From the NCBI GenBank assembly GCA_945927325.1, contig CAMEMG010000002.1, forward strand, positions 1,489 to 65,488: a DNA stretch of 64,000 nt. The letters run 5' to 3'. The translations under genes and the position numbers were made by a program. Positions 38,726 through 49,090 of this stretch are shown in pieces. Within the stretch, counting starts at the first letter, position 1. The number at the start of each line of letters is the position of its first letter. This DNA comes from an uncultured Clostridia bacterium. Its GTDB lineage: Bacteria > Bacillota > Clostridia > Christensenellales > Christensenellaceae. The notes below the pieces were generated by a model, which searched no databases, was not told where the DNA came from, and saw only the letters and a list, made by a program, of their open reading frames with translations.

Positions 38726-40117
38726 ATGAAATCCCTTTCCTCTGAAAAAAAGTCACAATTGTTGTTAATCCTCCGCCTGGCCTGGCCAACCATTGTTGAG
38801 CAGGCCTTGCAAACAATCGTCATTTACATCAATACTGCCATGATTGGTGGATTAGGGCAAAACGCATCTGCCGCCGTCGGCCTGACCGCAACCTTTACCT
38901 GGTTGATCAATAGCCCCGCCTTTGCTGTCGGCATTGGCGCCACTGCCTGCATTTCCCGTGCAGTCGGCGAAGAAAACATAGAAGAAACCCGCTCCTATGC
39001 AGCACAGGCAGTTAAAATTTCTCTAATCCTGGGAAGTTGTATGACATTGATCACTTTGGGAATCAGCCCATTTCTTCCCACCTGGTTGGGAGCAGAACCT
39101 GCCATCCGCAGTGATGCGGGCATTTATTTTGCTTTAATCTGCGCACCATATCTGTTTAATGCCATTAATATCATTTTTGGCGCCATATTACGTGGTGCCG
39201 GCGATACCCGCACGGCCATGCAGGTAAATTTCCTCATCAACATAGTGCATATTATCCTCAATTTCTTTTTTATTTACGAAACCCGCCAAGTCTCCCTGTT
39301 TGGGTTTTCCTTTTCCATGTTTGGCTTTGGTTGGGGGGTGGCAGGTGCCGGCATTTCTACTGCCATTTCCTATGTTTTAGGCGGATTGCTCATGATTGCC
39401 GCCCTGCGCAGGCATTCTCTTTTCGCATTTCGGTGGTCTTCCATCAAAAAGAGGCACCCTGCTGCAATGCACTCCATGCTTTCTCTGGCACTGCCTATCG
39501 CCCTCAATCGTCTGGCCACCTGCCTCGGGCAGGTCGTATTCACTCGTTTGGTAACTTCTCTGGGGACCACTGTTTTTGCAGCACATTCCATCGCCCTTAC
39601 CGCTGAAGAGGCATTTTATATCCCCGGGTACGGCATGCAGTCTGCCGCAACTACACTTACCGGCAATGCCATCGGCGCCCGGGATAAGAAAAAATTGAAA
39701 CATACTTCTTCTCTGTTGATTTTGCTCTCCTTTGCTTTCATGACTATTACCGGAAGCCTGCTTTTCCTGTTGGCCACTCAAATGATGCAATTATTTACAC
39801 CGGATGCAGAAGTCATTCGTTTGGGAGCTTCAGCATTGCGCATCGTCGCACTTTCCGAACCGATTTTTGGAATCTCCATTATTCTGGAAGGCATTTTCAA
39901 TGGAGCCGGCGATACCAAGCATCCCTTCCTATATAGTTTGTTCAGCATGTGGGGGATTCGAATTGTAGGAACCTTCCTCTGTGTACACTTTTTTCAACTG
40001 GGGCTCAATGCCGTCTGGCTATGCATGGTAGCAGATAATGTATGCCGCGGTATTCTTCTGGCCATTCGTTACCGCCGTCACAACCTGATGCCTATTTCTA
40101 TTTCAGAAAACCAATAA
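38726..40117 (+). CDS. MATE family efflux transporter
   Basis: About 12 TMs, LRGAGDT, GVAGAG, GAGDTK. Confidence 0.9.
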   Translation: MKSLSSEKKSQLLLILRLAWPTIVEQALQTIVIYINTAMIGGLGQNASAAVGLTATFTWLINSPAFAVGIGATACISRAVGEENIEETRSYAAQAVKISLILGSCMTLITLGISPFLPTWLGAEPAIRSDAGIYFALICAPYLFNAINIIFGAILRGAGDTRTAMQVNFLINIVHIILNFFFIYETRQVSLFGFSFSMFGFGWGVAGAGISTAISYVLGGLLMIAALRRHSLFAFRWSSIKKRHPAAMHSMLSLALPIALNRLATCLGQVVFTRLVTSLGTTVFAAHSIALTAEEAFYIPGYGMQSAATTLTGNAIGARDKKKLKHTSSLLILLSFAFMTITGSLLFLLATQMMQLFTPDAEVIRLGASALRIVALSEPIFGISIILEGIFNGAGDTKHPFLYSLFSMWGIRIVGTFLCVHFFQLGLNAVWLCMVADNVCRGILLAIRYRRHNLMPISISENQ

Positions 40118-40147
40118 AAAAAGCACTCCTACAGGAGTGCTTTTTTT
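40116..40147. terminator. Bidirectional intrinsic terminator
   Basis: A-tract-GCACTCCT-AC-AGGAGTGC-T-tract. Confidence 0.8.
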
Positions 40148-40148
40148 A

Positions 40149-41600
40149 TCAAACTGAATAAGTAGATGCCGAAGTATTGCCACCATGCCCGGTCCAATCC
40201 GTATGGAAGAATTCTCCCCGCGGCCGATCGATGCGCTCATATGTATGTGCGCCAAAATAATCTCTTTGTGCCTGAAGCAGATTGGCCGGAAGATTGCCGC
40301 AGCGATATCCGTCAAAATAACTGAGGGCAGAAGTAATTGCCGGCAACGGAATACTCTGTAAAACGGCCTGTGCTGCTGCTCGTCTCCACCCCTGCTCAGC
40401 TGCCATAATACGCTCGGCAAAATAGGGATCCATGAGCAAATTAGCCAAATCTTTCTGCTTTTCATAGGCTTCCCGTATCTTTTCCAAAAACACCGACCGG
40501 ATAATACAGCCTTCCCGCCAAATCATCGCTACCTGACCGCAATCAATTTGCCAGTTATAAGTACGGCATGCCTGACGAATCAAGGCAAATCCCTGTGCAT
40601 AGGAGACAATTTTGGATGCGTATACTGCCTGGCGCAGATCTTCAATCAATGCCTGCTTATCTCCGGAAAAAACATGCCGGGATACCGGGAACCGTGCACT
40701 TGCCGCTATTCGTTCTTCCTTCTGCGCCGAAAGGCAGCGGGCAAAAACCGCTTCCCCAATCAATGTAAGAGGGATGCCCTCTTCCAATGCACAGATGCCC
40801 GTCCACTTGCCCGTTCCCTTCTGTCCGGCCGTATCCAGTATTTTATCTACAATTGGCAAGCCATCCTCGCCCAGTTTATGCAGAATATTAGCTGTGATTT
40901 CGATCAAATAGCTGTTCAATTCGCTTTGATTCCACTGTGCAAAAACATCCCCTATCTCCGAAGCCGGCATCGCCAACAGATCCCGCATCACCTGATAGGC
41001 CTCACAAATGATTTGAATATCACCATATTCAATTCCATTATGTACCATTTTTACAAAATGGCCTGCACCATTCTCGCCAATATATCCGCAACACGGCTCT
41101 CCGGAAGGTGCTTTGGCACTGATTGCCTCAAAAACCGGCTGCACATGTTGCCAGGCTTGCCGCGAACCCCCGGGCATCAGTGCCGGGCCATTGAGAGCCC
41201 CTTCTTCGCCTCCGGAAACGCCGCATCCCATATAATGGATTCCCTTTTTCTCTAATGCCTGGCTGCGGCGTATTGTATCCTGAAAATTGGAATTTCCGCC
41301 GTCAATCAGAATATCATCTTGTTCCAGATAAGGCAACGCCTGTTCAATAAATGCATCTACCGGCGCTCCCTGCCGTATCATCAGCATGATAATCCTCGGT
41401 TTTTGCAAAAGCCCGACCAATTCTTCTACCGAATGTGCTCCTAAAAACTGTTTTCCCTTTGCTCTCCCCTGCAGAAAACAATCTACTTTTTCCGCCGTCC
41501 GATTATAGACTGCAACACGAAATCCGTGCCGCTCCATATTCAGTGCCAGATTTTCCCCCATTACCGCCAATCCTACGACTGCGATCTGAGCCTTTCCCAT
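40149..41600 (-). CDS. gndA: NADP-dependent 6-phosphogluconate dehydrogenase, decarboxylating
   Basis: GLAVMGENLA, GVSGGEEGA, VKMVHNGIEYG, QKGTGKWT, QRDYFGAHTY. Confidence 0.96.
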   Translation of the reverse strand: MGKAQIAVVGLAVMGENLALNMERHGFRVAVYNRTAEKVDCFLQGRAKGKQFLGAHSVEELVGLLQKPRIIMLMIRQGAPVDAFIEQALPYLEQDDILIDGGNSNFQDTIRRSQALEKKGIHYMGCGVSGGEEGALNGPALMPGGSRQAWQHVQPVFEAISAKAPSGEPCCGYIGENGAGHFVKMVHNGIEYGDIQIICEAYQVMRDLLAMPASEIGDVFAQWNQSELNSYLIEITANILHKLGEDGLPIVDKILDTAGQKGTGKWTGICALEEGIPLTLIGEAVFARCLSAQKEERIAASARFPVSRHVFSGDKQALIEDLRQAVYASKIVSYAQGFALIRQACRTYNWQIDCGQVAMIWREGCIIRSVFLEKIREAYEKQKDLANLLMDPYFAERIMAAEQGWRRAAAQAVLQSIPLPAITSALSYFDGYRCGNLPANLLQAQRDYFGAHTYERIDRPRGEFFHTDWTGHGGNTSASTYSV

Positions 41601-41618
41601 ATTTCTCCCCCCAATTAC

Positions 41619-42308
41619 TCAATCTCGCTTTTTATTGAGGTCAATTCCCTTGATTTCATGTACCAGCGAATAAAAATCGTTTTCAAAATTTTCTTCCGCA
41701 GTAAACGTTGCATCATGCTGAATAAGCGCCCGCAGCACATCCGGCGCCGCCGTCACTGCGCCCACTCCCTTTTTGCAAAGATTTAAAATCTGCTGGGAGT
41801 TTTTAAAACTGGCTGCCAGCACGTCGCATTCCATATTGTGCAGTCGGAACATATTGTGAATATCCGCCGCCACCTGTACTCCATCTGCGCCCATATTATC
41901 CAGGCGATTGACGTAAGGCGCCGTATATCTCGCCCCTGCCTTTCCGGCCATAAATGCCTGCATAGCAGTATAAATTGCCGTTGCCGTTATGTTAACTCCC
42001 TCCTGCTTAAGCAAATGAATTGCCTTCATACCCGCTGCCGAGACGGGAACTTTGATAAACAAATCTTCCGCAATCTCATCCAACATAAAATGTGCCTCTT
42101 CCAGAATTCCTTCTGTTGTATCTGAAATCACTTGCGCATGCAACTGGCATTCCGCAGGCAATAAGCTGCGAATATCCTTAAGCAGGCGAATAGGATTGGT
42201 ATGTTCATTCTTCAGAATCGTCGGATTCGTCGTTACTCCATCATAAGGGTACATGTCATACAGCGATTCGATTTCCTTCAAATTTGCGTTGTCAATCAAT
42301 ACCAGCAT
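41619..42308 (-). CDS. Fructose-6-phosphate aldolase-like protein (transaldolase family)
   Basis: GVTTNPTI, FIKVP, APYVNR (FSA-type Tyr), LAASFK; GGAGG SD before ATG 42308. Confidence 0.85.
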   Translation of the reverse strand: MLVLIDNANLKEIESLYDMYPYDGVTTNPTILKNEHTNPIRLLKDIRSLLPAECQLHAQVISDTTEGILEEAHFMLDEIAEDLFIKVPVSAAGMKAIHLLKQEGVNITATAIYTAMQAFMAGKAGARYTAPYVNRLDNMGADGVQVAADIHNMFRLHNMECDVLAASFKNSQQILNLCKKGVGAVTAAPDVLRALIQHDATFTAEENFENDFYSLVHEIKGIDLNKKRD

Positions 42309-42431
42309 TTGATTTGCCTCCAAAGTTTGTCCTATCCATTGCTCCCGGAACGGATGGGATGTTATAATTATAGCATATCATACTTTATAGGTTCCTAAAA
42401 CCATCATTTATAGCAAGAGAGGTAAAAATTT

Positions 42432-43646
42432 ATGGATATCACTCAGCGCTTTTTGAAATATGTATCTTACGATACCACTTCAGAAGAAATTTCCGCATCC
42501 ATCCCCAGCACACCCGGCCAGAAGGTACTGGGCGCAGCTCTGGTAGAAGAAATGCAAGCCATGGGCATTGCCAATGCCCGTATGGACACTTATGGATATG
42601 TCTATGGTACCATTCCGGCCACCGATCCTCAGGCTCCCTCCATCGGTTTTATCGCTCATATGGATACTTCGCCGGATATTACCGGCAAGGATGTCAAGCC
42701 GCGCATTGTAAAAAATTATGATGGCGGAGATATTCTGCTCAATGAAACTCAGCAAATTATACTTTCTCCCAGCGACTACCCGATTCTTTCTATCTATAAA
42801 GGCCAGGATATTATTGTAACCGACGGCACCACTTTGCTCGGGGCAGATGATAAGGCCGGCATTGCTGCTATTCTTTCCGCCGCCGAACAGATCCTCTCCG
42901 ACAGTCGCCCGCATGGCGCTGTGCAAATTGGATTTACTCCTGACGAAGAAATCGGGCGTGGAGCAGATCATTTTGATATTCCCGGTTTTGGCGCCGATTA
43001 TGCCTATACCGTGGATGGCGGTACCATCGGTGGATTAGAATACGAGAATTTTAATGCTGCTTCTGCCAGCGTTACTATACACGGCAAGAATATTCACCCC
43101 GGCTCCGCTAAACACAAAATGAAAAATTCCATGCTGATCGCCATGGAATTCAATGGTATGCTGCCTGCTTTTGAGATTCCCGCCTACACGGAAGGATATG
43201 AAGGTTTTGCTCACCTGATTGAAACGAACGGCAGTGTGGAAAAGACGACGTTATCCTACATTCTGCGCGATCACGACAGTGATAAGTTGGAAGCCCGCAA
43301 GCAACGGTTTTCTGCAAATGCCTCCTTTCTCAATGAAAAATACGGCGCAGGTACCGTTGAACTTACCCTGCAGGATCATTACCGCAACATGAAAGAAACC
43401 CTGACTCCGCATATGCATATCATCGAGAAGGCTAAACAGGCTATGGAGCAAGCTGGTATTACACCGCGCATTGATCCTATCCGCGGCGGTACCGACGGCG
43501 CCCGCCTTTCCTATGAAGGCCTTCCTTGCCCAAATATTTTCGCCGGCGGGGAGAATATGCATGGCCGTTATGAATTCCTGCCTATCCCTTCCCTTGAAAA
43601 ATGTGCAGAAGTTATCTGCAATATTATCTATGGCGCAGCCAAATGA
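42432..43646 (+). CDS. pepT: Peptidase T
   Basis: IAHMDTS, TLLGADDKAG, FTPDEEIG, PIRGGTDG. Confidence 0.95.
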   Translation: MDITQRFLKYVSYDTTSEEISASIPSTPGQKVLGAALVEEMQAMGIANARMDTYGYVYGTIPATDPQAPSIGFIAHMDTSPDITGKDVKPRIVKNYDGGDILLNETQQIILSPSDYPILSIYKGQDIIVTDGTTLLGADDKAGIAAILSAAEQILSDSRPHGAVQIGFTPDEEIGRGADHFDIPGFGADYAYTVDGGTIGGLEYENFNAASASVTIHGKNIHPGSAKHKMKNSMLIAMEFNGMLPAFEIPAYTEGYEGFAHLIETNGSVEKTTLSYILRDHDSDKLEARKQRFSANASFLNEKYGAGTVELTLQDHYRNMKETLTPHMHIIEKAKQAMEQAGITPRIDPIRGGTDGARLSYEGLPCPNIFAGGENMHGRYEFLPIPSLEKCAEVICNIIYGAAK

Positions 43647-43769
43647 CATCGATGCGCACAGTTCAAGCTGTGCGCTCTTTTTTTACTCTGTAAAACCGCA
43701 CGCCAGGAACAGCAATTTCATTCATTTCCGGCTAAAATAAAGTCATAAGTTCAGGGAAGGAGGTTTTGC

Positions 43770-44666
43770 ATGGAGCCTGCAACTGCCATACAGCATATTC
43801 TCGAGTATATCGATCGGCATATTGATGAGCCGCTTTCCATCGCCCTTCTGGCACAACAGGCTGGGTACTCGCCCTATCATTTCTGCCGGTTATTCCGCGT
43901 GCACTGCGGAACATCTCCCATGGAATACCTGCGCAGGCGTCGCCTGCTTCTGGCCCGCTCTGCTCTTTTTTCCCAGAAAAAAATACTGGATATCGCGCTT
44001 AGTTACGGTTTCGAAACAGCCCGCGGGTTTTCCAAAGCATTTCGCCGGGAATTCGGTTACTCTCCTTCTCTGTATCTTGCTTACATACAGGCACCTGGAC
44101 GCCTTAACAACTTTCAAGGAGGAACTATTTTTATGGAACCGATCATTCAGCAAAAAGCTGCCTTTCGCGTTGCCGGCTACGGTCTGCAAACACAGATTTC
44201 CGACCATTTTTCTCAGGAACTGGCTGCTTATTGGGATACGTATCATGGAGAAAATATGGAAAGCAGATTATATGCTCAACTTTGCCCACCCAAACACGGA
44301 GAAGTTGGTATCTGTCTCTCTTCGCCTGCCGAAGACGGCAGCCTGACTTATTTATTCGGCGTTATCGTACCTGATTTCAGTCGTGTCACACCGGATATGC
44401 AGGTGCTGGAAGTTCCTGCCGCAACCTATGCCGTGTTTACTACGCCACCGGTGGACAATATACAAACTGCCGATTGTTATCAGGAAGACCCTCTTTCTCT
44501 GGCTGTAAAGTCCACCTGGCGCTATATTTTCGAACAATGGCTGCCCGCCAGCAAATACCGCTTTGATGAGCATGGCTGTGCTTTTGAATTTTATGACGAG
44601 CGCTGTCATGGAGAGAAAAATGCGGTAGCCGATCTCTATATTCCCATTAGAGACAGCGCGGAATAA
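43770..44666 (+). CDS. AraC family regulator with C-terminal GyrI-like effector domain
   Basis: GYSPYHFCRLF, YGF...FSKAFRREFG.SP; IFEQWLPAS.Y, FEFYDER, LYIPI. Confidence 0.9.
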   Translation: MEPATAIQHILEYIDRHIDEPLSIALLAQQAGYSPYHFCRLFRVHCGTSPMEYLRRRRLLLARSALFSQKKILDIALSYGFETARGFSKAFRREFGYSPSLYLAYIQAPGRLNNFQGGTIFMEPIIQQKAAFRVAGYGLQTQISDHFSQELAAYWDTYHGENMESRLYAQLCPPKHGEVGICLSSPAEDGSLTYLFGVIVPDFSRVTPDMQVLEVPAATYAVFTTPPVDNIQTADCYQEDPLSLAVKSTWRYIFEQWLPASKYRFDEHGCAFEFYDERCHGEKNAVADLYIPIRDSAE

Positions 44667-44788
44667 GAACATTTCCAAATGTATTTATAAATAAATCCTC
44701 TGTATGCTTATCATCATACAGAGGATTTATGCTTTTTTTGTTTATTAGAATTAGAAGATGAATATTTTATTCCTATTTACAGCTCAAT

Positions 44789-45134
44789 TCAATCTTCAAA
44801 TATTTTCCCTGCCAAACCTATGGGAAATTCCATCATACAGCCTTTGGCAGGATTGACAATCTGACTGATACACAAATTTCCTTTAAGCGAAAGCGGCATG
44901 GCGCACTGCGCATCACTCAGCTGCGTATGCTGCAGCAGAAAATCATGCATTTCACGTGCCGCCGCCAGGCTGCAGGCATCCTGTGACGGGTCTGCAGCCA
45001 TGGTCAGATAATAGCCTCAGAATCAGAGGAGTCGGTATATCCATTCTTTGCTTACAAAGCGAAACCTTTACTGTCACCTCACCGCCTGTCTCCAAATCGC
45101 AGATCGCACTTTCTCCATCTCCCTGTACCCCTGC
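44789..45134 (-). pseudogene. 3' remnant of an acetamidase/formamidase family gene, frameshifted near 45017
   Basis: VQGDGESAICDLETGGEVTVKVS...PTPLI, then shifted frame YYLTMAAD...LSLKGNLCISQIVNPAKGCMMEFP. Confidence 0.7.
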
Positions 45135-45148
45135 CAGGCAGCGCCCGA

Positions 45149-45280
45149 AAGACGATTAATACCGAGGCCATTGCCAAGATGAAGAACAGCGTCTTCATCC
45201 CAAACTTCGCCCGGGATCTGCCGGTAGACGACGGCGCCATAACTCAAGCTCTGGTCAGCAACAAGGTATCCCGCTGCACC
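45149..45280 (+). pseudogene. Internal fragment of a D-3-phosphoglycerate dehydrogenase (serA-like) gene
   Basis: TINTEAIAKMKNSVFIPNFARDLPVDDGAITQALVSNKV resembles the IN...IA.MK.GV.I.NFARD.LV...AL..GKV segment of clostridial SerA. Confidence 0.6.
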
Positions 45281-45286
45281 ATCATC

Positions 45287-46204
45287 TTATTGCCCGGATT
45301 CATATTCCAGATCATCTGGAGACAGCGTATCTGTATAGAAGCCGGAGATCCCCCTCGTCAAGGAAAAGTTTGCTTTATCTGCACGGTCTACGGTATACTC
45401 GTATACCGTAAATCCAAGCCCACGCATCAGAGCGGCGTCTTCATCCGGCATCTTGCCATAAGGGACGGTAATTACAGCAATGTTTTCCTCATTGCAGATT
45501 TGCGCGACTTCTAATTGCCAATCTCCCCAGTTGTAGGTCGTAAAAAGGAATTGGGAATCTTTAAAAGGATAGATTTCCTGCACGGAGGTTTTTTCCCGGC
45601 CAGTATATAATTGGATGATAAAACGATCCAGAATCGCAGGATCTTCCTCCGCCAGCGCCACCAGATCAGAGATAGCGGTACAAAGATCCGTATCCTTGAT
45701 ATCCGTAATCAGATACATTTCCGTATTCTGCCTCATGATTTCTATCAGATGCTCGGCAGTCAGAGGCGAAAACTTGCCCTGAATTTTCGATGACAGGAAT
45801 TCCTCCAGTGTTGGTTGTCGGTCCTCCAAATAGATATCGTCCCAGTTGTGAGCGCAAACCAGAACATTGTCACAGGTATACCGAAGGTCAATTTCGATAA
45901 AGTTTTTTCCTTCAGACAGCGTGTTTTCCACAGCCTCCACAGAATTAGTGTATTTGTTGCCTTCGATTGCACCGCCGGCATGATAAATCAGCGGATGCTC
46001 CACAAACCATTCATCGCCGTTGATCTCCACCGGATATAAGGTAATGGGATCATCGGTAGTCTCAGAAACGGATTTCGAGTGGATGGTGTCGTAAATCGTC
46101 TGCTTGAACATTTGAATTTCCTCAACATATTTCAACACCAGCAGTGCAAGGCCACACAACAGCAGAATATGAAGCAGCAAAAACTTACATTTTTGGGATT
46201 TCAT
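45287..46204 (-). CDS. Membrane-anchored glycerophosphodiester phosphodiesterase-like protein
   Basis: N-terminal TM, IYHAGG...YTNSVEA, IEIDL, VCAHNW, ITDIK, GFYTD. Confidence 0.75.
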   Translation of the reverse strand: MKSQKCKFLLLHILLLCGLALLVLKYVEEIQMFKQTIYDTIHSKSVSETTDDPITLYPVEINGDEWFVEHPLIYHAGGAIEGNKYTNSVEAVENTLSEGKNFIEIDLRYTCDNVLVCAHNWDDIYLEDRQPTLEEFLSSKIQGKFSPLTAEHLIEIMRQNTEMYLITDIKDTDLCTAISDLVALAEEDPAILDRFIIQLYTGREKTSVQEIYPFKDSQFLFTTYNWGDWQLEVAQICNEENIAVITVPYGKMPDEDAALMRGLGFTVYEYTVDRADKANFSLTRGISGFYTDTLSPDDLEYESGQ

Positions 46205-46443
46205 AGTACAGCAGATTCTCTCCTCGTTTTCCGGCAACAATTTTGTCGTGGCAAATCGTTGAAAATTTAGGGCACAACAAAACCGTTATGTTTTTGATTA
46301 TGCTCCCTATTCCGGTGAGATCATTTCCCCGACTCCTGATTTCACCGACAGGCCTCAATAAACCGAGTCCAGCCGACCGTAGGGATAATTGAGCCATCAA
46401 AATAGTGGCTAACCTTTTCTTTTTCAATACGCAGCATGGAAAT

Positions 46444-47595
46444 TTACTTCAATTCCGTTACCAACGGATAGGGCCGAATCACCGTACAATGTTCTTCGCA
46501 TACATCCTCACCGTGATAGAACCAGGCCAATGCCTGCGGAATCATATATTTGAGGAATGTCAGGCTATGCCCCATTTCGTTGATGATCAGCCGAAAATCG
46601 TAATCGCGATAATTGAGTGCGCTTGCCACATCGCGATCTGCCAAAATCCAGTCACCAAAAATGATGTCGGCATCATATTTTCCGACACACATACAGGTGC
46701 GCAGATTCTTCTTTTCATCTGTCGTGCGGATCACCGACGGCCAGATATTGCCGCCTCGGATATTTCCGAAACTCGGGCTGCCCAAAATAACATTACCAAA
46801 CAGATGATTATCATACCAGGCAGTGGCAAAACCGGCAATACCGCTGGAACTCAGCCCTACCACGCTATGCCCCATGGGGTTTGCCGTAATTGCATACCCT
46901 TCCAATGCCAATGGCAAAAATTCCTCGGCCACAAAGCGGGCAAACCAATCACTTACTGTATCATATTCCACGCTGCGATTGGTCACCCCTTTACCCGTTC
47001 CATAAACCGGCTCTCCCGGCCCCGGATAGCCGGGCGTGAGGAATACGGCAATCGTAAGCGGAATTTTTCCATCTGCAATGAGATTATCCAGCAAATCGGT
47101 AACATTATTCGTATCGGCAGGCAGTACAACCTCACCATCTGCAGGTACTTCCTCCAACAAATCGCTCATAATGCGGCGGCGTCCGTCCTTCATCGGCGGC
47201 TGTTTTCCAAGCACCGGTGCAATATGCATCTGTCCATCTAAAAACAAAATCAGATCTGCTGGCGTCTTTCCATCATATTGAGCCGGTGTGTAAATCCAAT
47301 ATTTATGCTTAACGCCCGGATAAAAAGCGCAATCCTCCAGCGTATACCCCATGATTTTTCCACGAGGTGTTCCTTCCCTGCGCCGATATGCTTCGGGCAG
47401 TGGATACAGTTCTTTATTCCACTCCGCGCGGCCCATTGCCGTTTCATCTCGCTCATGCCAACCGGTAATCGGGTAATCGATCATACAGTTAAATGCACGA
47501 TAGCTGCTTTCCGGCATGGTTACCGTAACATATTTTTCTTCGGGTTTCTGTTCCAGTTTTTTCAACTTCAGCCAATCCACTTTTTTCTTCTCCAT
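46444..47595 (-). CDS. Esterase (Fes/enterochelin esterase-like alpha/beta hydrolase)
   Basis: YWIYTPAQYDG, LFLDG, NRSVEYD, GLSSSG nucleophile, C-terminal GH. Confidence 0.78.
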   Translation of the reverse strand: MEKKKVDWLKLKKLEQKPEEKYVTVTMPESSYRAFNCMIDYPITGWHERDETAMGRAEWNKELYPLPEAYRRREGTPRGKIMGYTLEDCAFYPGVKHKYWIYTPAQYDGKTPADLILFLDGQMHIAPVLGKQPPMKDGRRRIMSDLLEEVPADGEVVLPADTNNVTDLLDNLIADGKIPLTIAVFLTPGYPGPGEPVYGTGKGVTNRSVEYDTVSDWFARFVAEEFLPLALEGYAITANPMGHSVVGLSSSGIAGFATAWYDNHLFGNVILGSPSFGNIRGGNIWPSVIRTTDEKKNLRTCMCVGKYDADIIFGDWILADRDVASALNYRDYDFRLIINEMGHSLTFLKYMIPQALAWFYHGEDVCEEHCTVIRPYPLVTELK

Positions 47596-47856
47596 TTGCC
47601 TATCCTTTCTTTTTCTCAACTCATAGATCCAAATCGCCTAGCATATGAGCTCATCCGCTCTCATGAAAGATGCCGGCTCCGTTCAGGCGATATATTTTCA
47701 GGCATCGCTGCGTTTTTCTGTCTTTTACACGGGAATTCCCTTTATTATCCCGAAGCTGTACTCTCCGGCAATGGCAATTTCCATATTCTTTCTGCTCCGG
47801 CTATTGTTTAATTCTATAAAAAAAAGAGCAGTGTTCTTCTGCTCTTTTTTCTATTT

Positions 47857-48435
47857 TCAAAGTACAATTTCGCCCTGGCACCCGCTTCTGCCAATCAGTG
47901 CCGCATTCGCCTCATCGGTATCCACATGCATTGCCAACGCATAAGAAGGGCTGACACGAACCACAACATCATCAAAAATCAACGGACGTGCGGTATCTAC
48001 TTTTACTTTTACAATCTGCTTATCGCTTACACCCAAGCGCTCTGCATCTTCCGGGGTCATATGTACATGGCGTTTAGCCACGATCAACCCTTTTTCCAGC
48101 TTAAGTTCGCCTGCCGGCCCCTTCAGCGTAATAGGAGCACTGCCTTCCAAATCGCCGCTCTCACGGACAGGCCCAATGGCGCCCAACGTAAAGCAGTCAG
48201 TCATGGAAACCTCCACCTGGCTCTCCTTGCGCTCCGGCCCTAAAATTACAACATTGGCAATAGAGCGTTTTGGCCCGATGATATCAACTCTTTCTTCGCA
48301 CACAAACTGGCCGGGCTGAGAAAGGTCCCGTACATATGTCAACTCTTTGCCTTCACCAAACAGCACAGCCACATCCTCTTTGGAAAGATGCACATGGCGT
48401 GCGGAAACTTCTACCAGAAATGATTTTTCAGACAT
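47857..48435 (-). CDS. pduL: PduL-type phosphate acyltransferase
   Basis: SARHVHL, LSQPGQF, QVEVSMTD, RESG, KRHVHM, MHVDTDEANA. Confidence 0.9.
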   Translation of the reverse strand: MSEKSFLVEVSARHVHLSKEDVAVLFGEGKELTYVRDLSQPGQFVCEERVDIIGPKRSIANVVILGPERKESQVEVSMTDCFTLGAIGPVRESGDLEGSAPITLKGPAGELKLEKGLIVAKRHVHMTPEDAERLGVSDKQIVKVKVDTARPLIFDDVVVRVSPSYALAMHVDTDEANAALIGRSGCQGEIVL

Positions 48436-48566
48436 ATCATTTTCCTCCTTAGATTCTATCATTATTTTACTATACTACCCACGGTTTATCAATAAGCAAC
48501 TTTCTTTCTCTTTCATTTTTAACCAGAGTATGCTATATTTTGAATAGGTTTAAAAGGAGTTTTACC

Positions 48567-49067
48567 ATGAGTCAACCGTCCGCTTTGGAATCTTTCATAT
48601 TGACCAACCTGGATCAACTTTCCATTCCTTATCGCCTGGAGCGGCATGAAGCTGTCTATACCATGGAAGATGCAAAACGTCTGCATCTCGATGAGGGAAC
48701 ACGCCCGGTCAAAAATCTTTTTCTGCGTGATTCAGCTAAAAAGCATTTTTTTCTCATCTCTTTAGACGCCGAAAAAAAATTAGATACTCGATCACTGCGC
48801 GCCCAACTGCAGTGCAGCAGCCTGAGTTTTGCTTCAGAAGAACTACTCTGGGAAAAACTGCATCTGAAACAGGGAGCTGTTAGTCCATTGGCAATTTCGG
48901 AAGATTTGTCCGGCGAAATCACGATTGTACTGGATAATGATTTCAAAGAAGAGGAACTTTTGTCGTTTCATCCGGGCGTCAATACTGCCTCTGTCTTCCT
49001 TCAGTTCGGTGACCTGCTGCGCTATCTTAAAAACTTTCCCAATCCTTTGCTTCTGTTGCCCCTGTAA
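48567..49067 (+). CDS. YbaK/ProXp-ala (PrdX-like) aminoacyl-tRNA deacylase
   Basis: H.AVYTMED, KNLFLRD, LSFAS, GAVSPL, FHPGVNT. Confidence 0.85.
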   Translation: MSQPSALESFILTNLDQLSIPYRLERHEAVYTMEDAKRLHLDEGTRPVKNLFLRDSAKKHFFLISLDAEKKLDTRSLRAQLQCSSLSFASEELLWEKLHLKQGAVSPLAISEDLSGEITIVLDNDFKEEELLSFHPGVNTASVFLQFGDLLRYLKNFPNPLLLLPL

Positions 49068-49090
49068 CTTTTTATAAGGAGTATATCCAA

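Noticed and set aside
47640-47800. Short frames upstream of the esterase (e.g. MEIAIAGEYSFGIIKGIPV)
   Set aside because: Possibly a gene scrap, but I could not assign it to any family.
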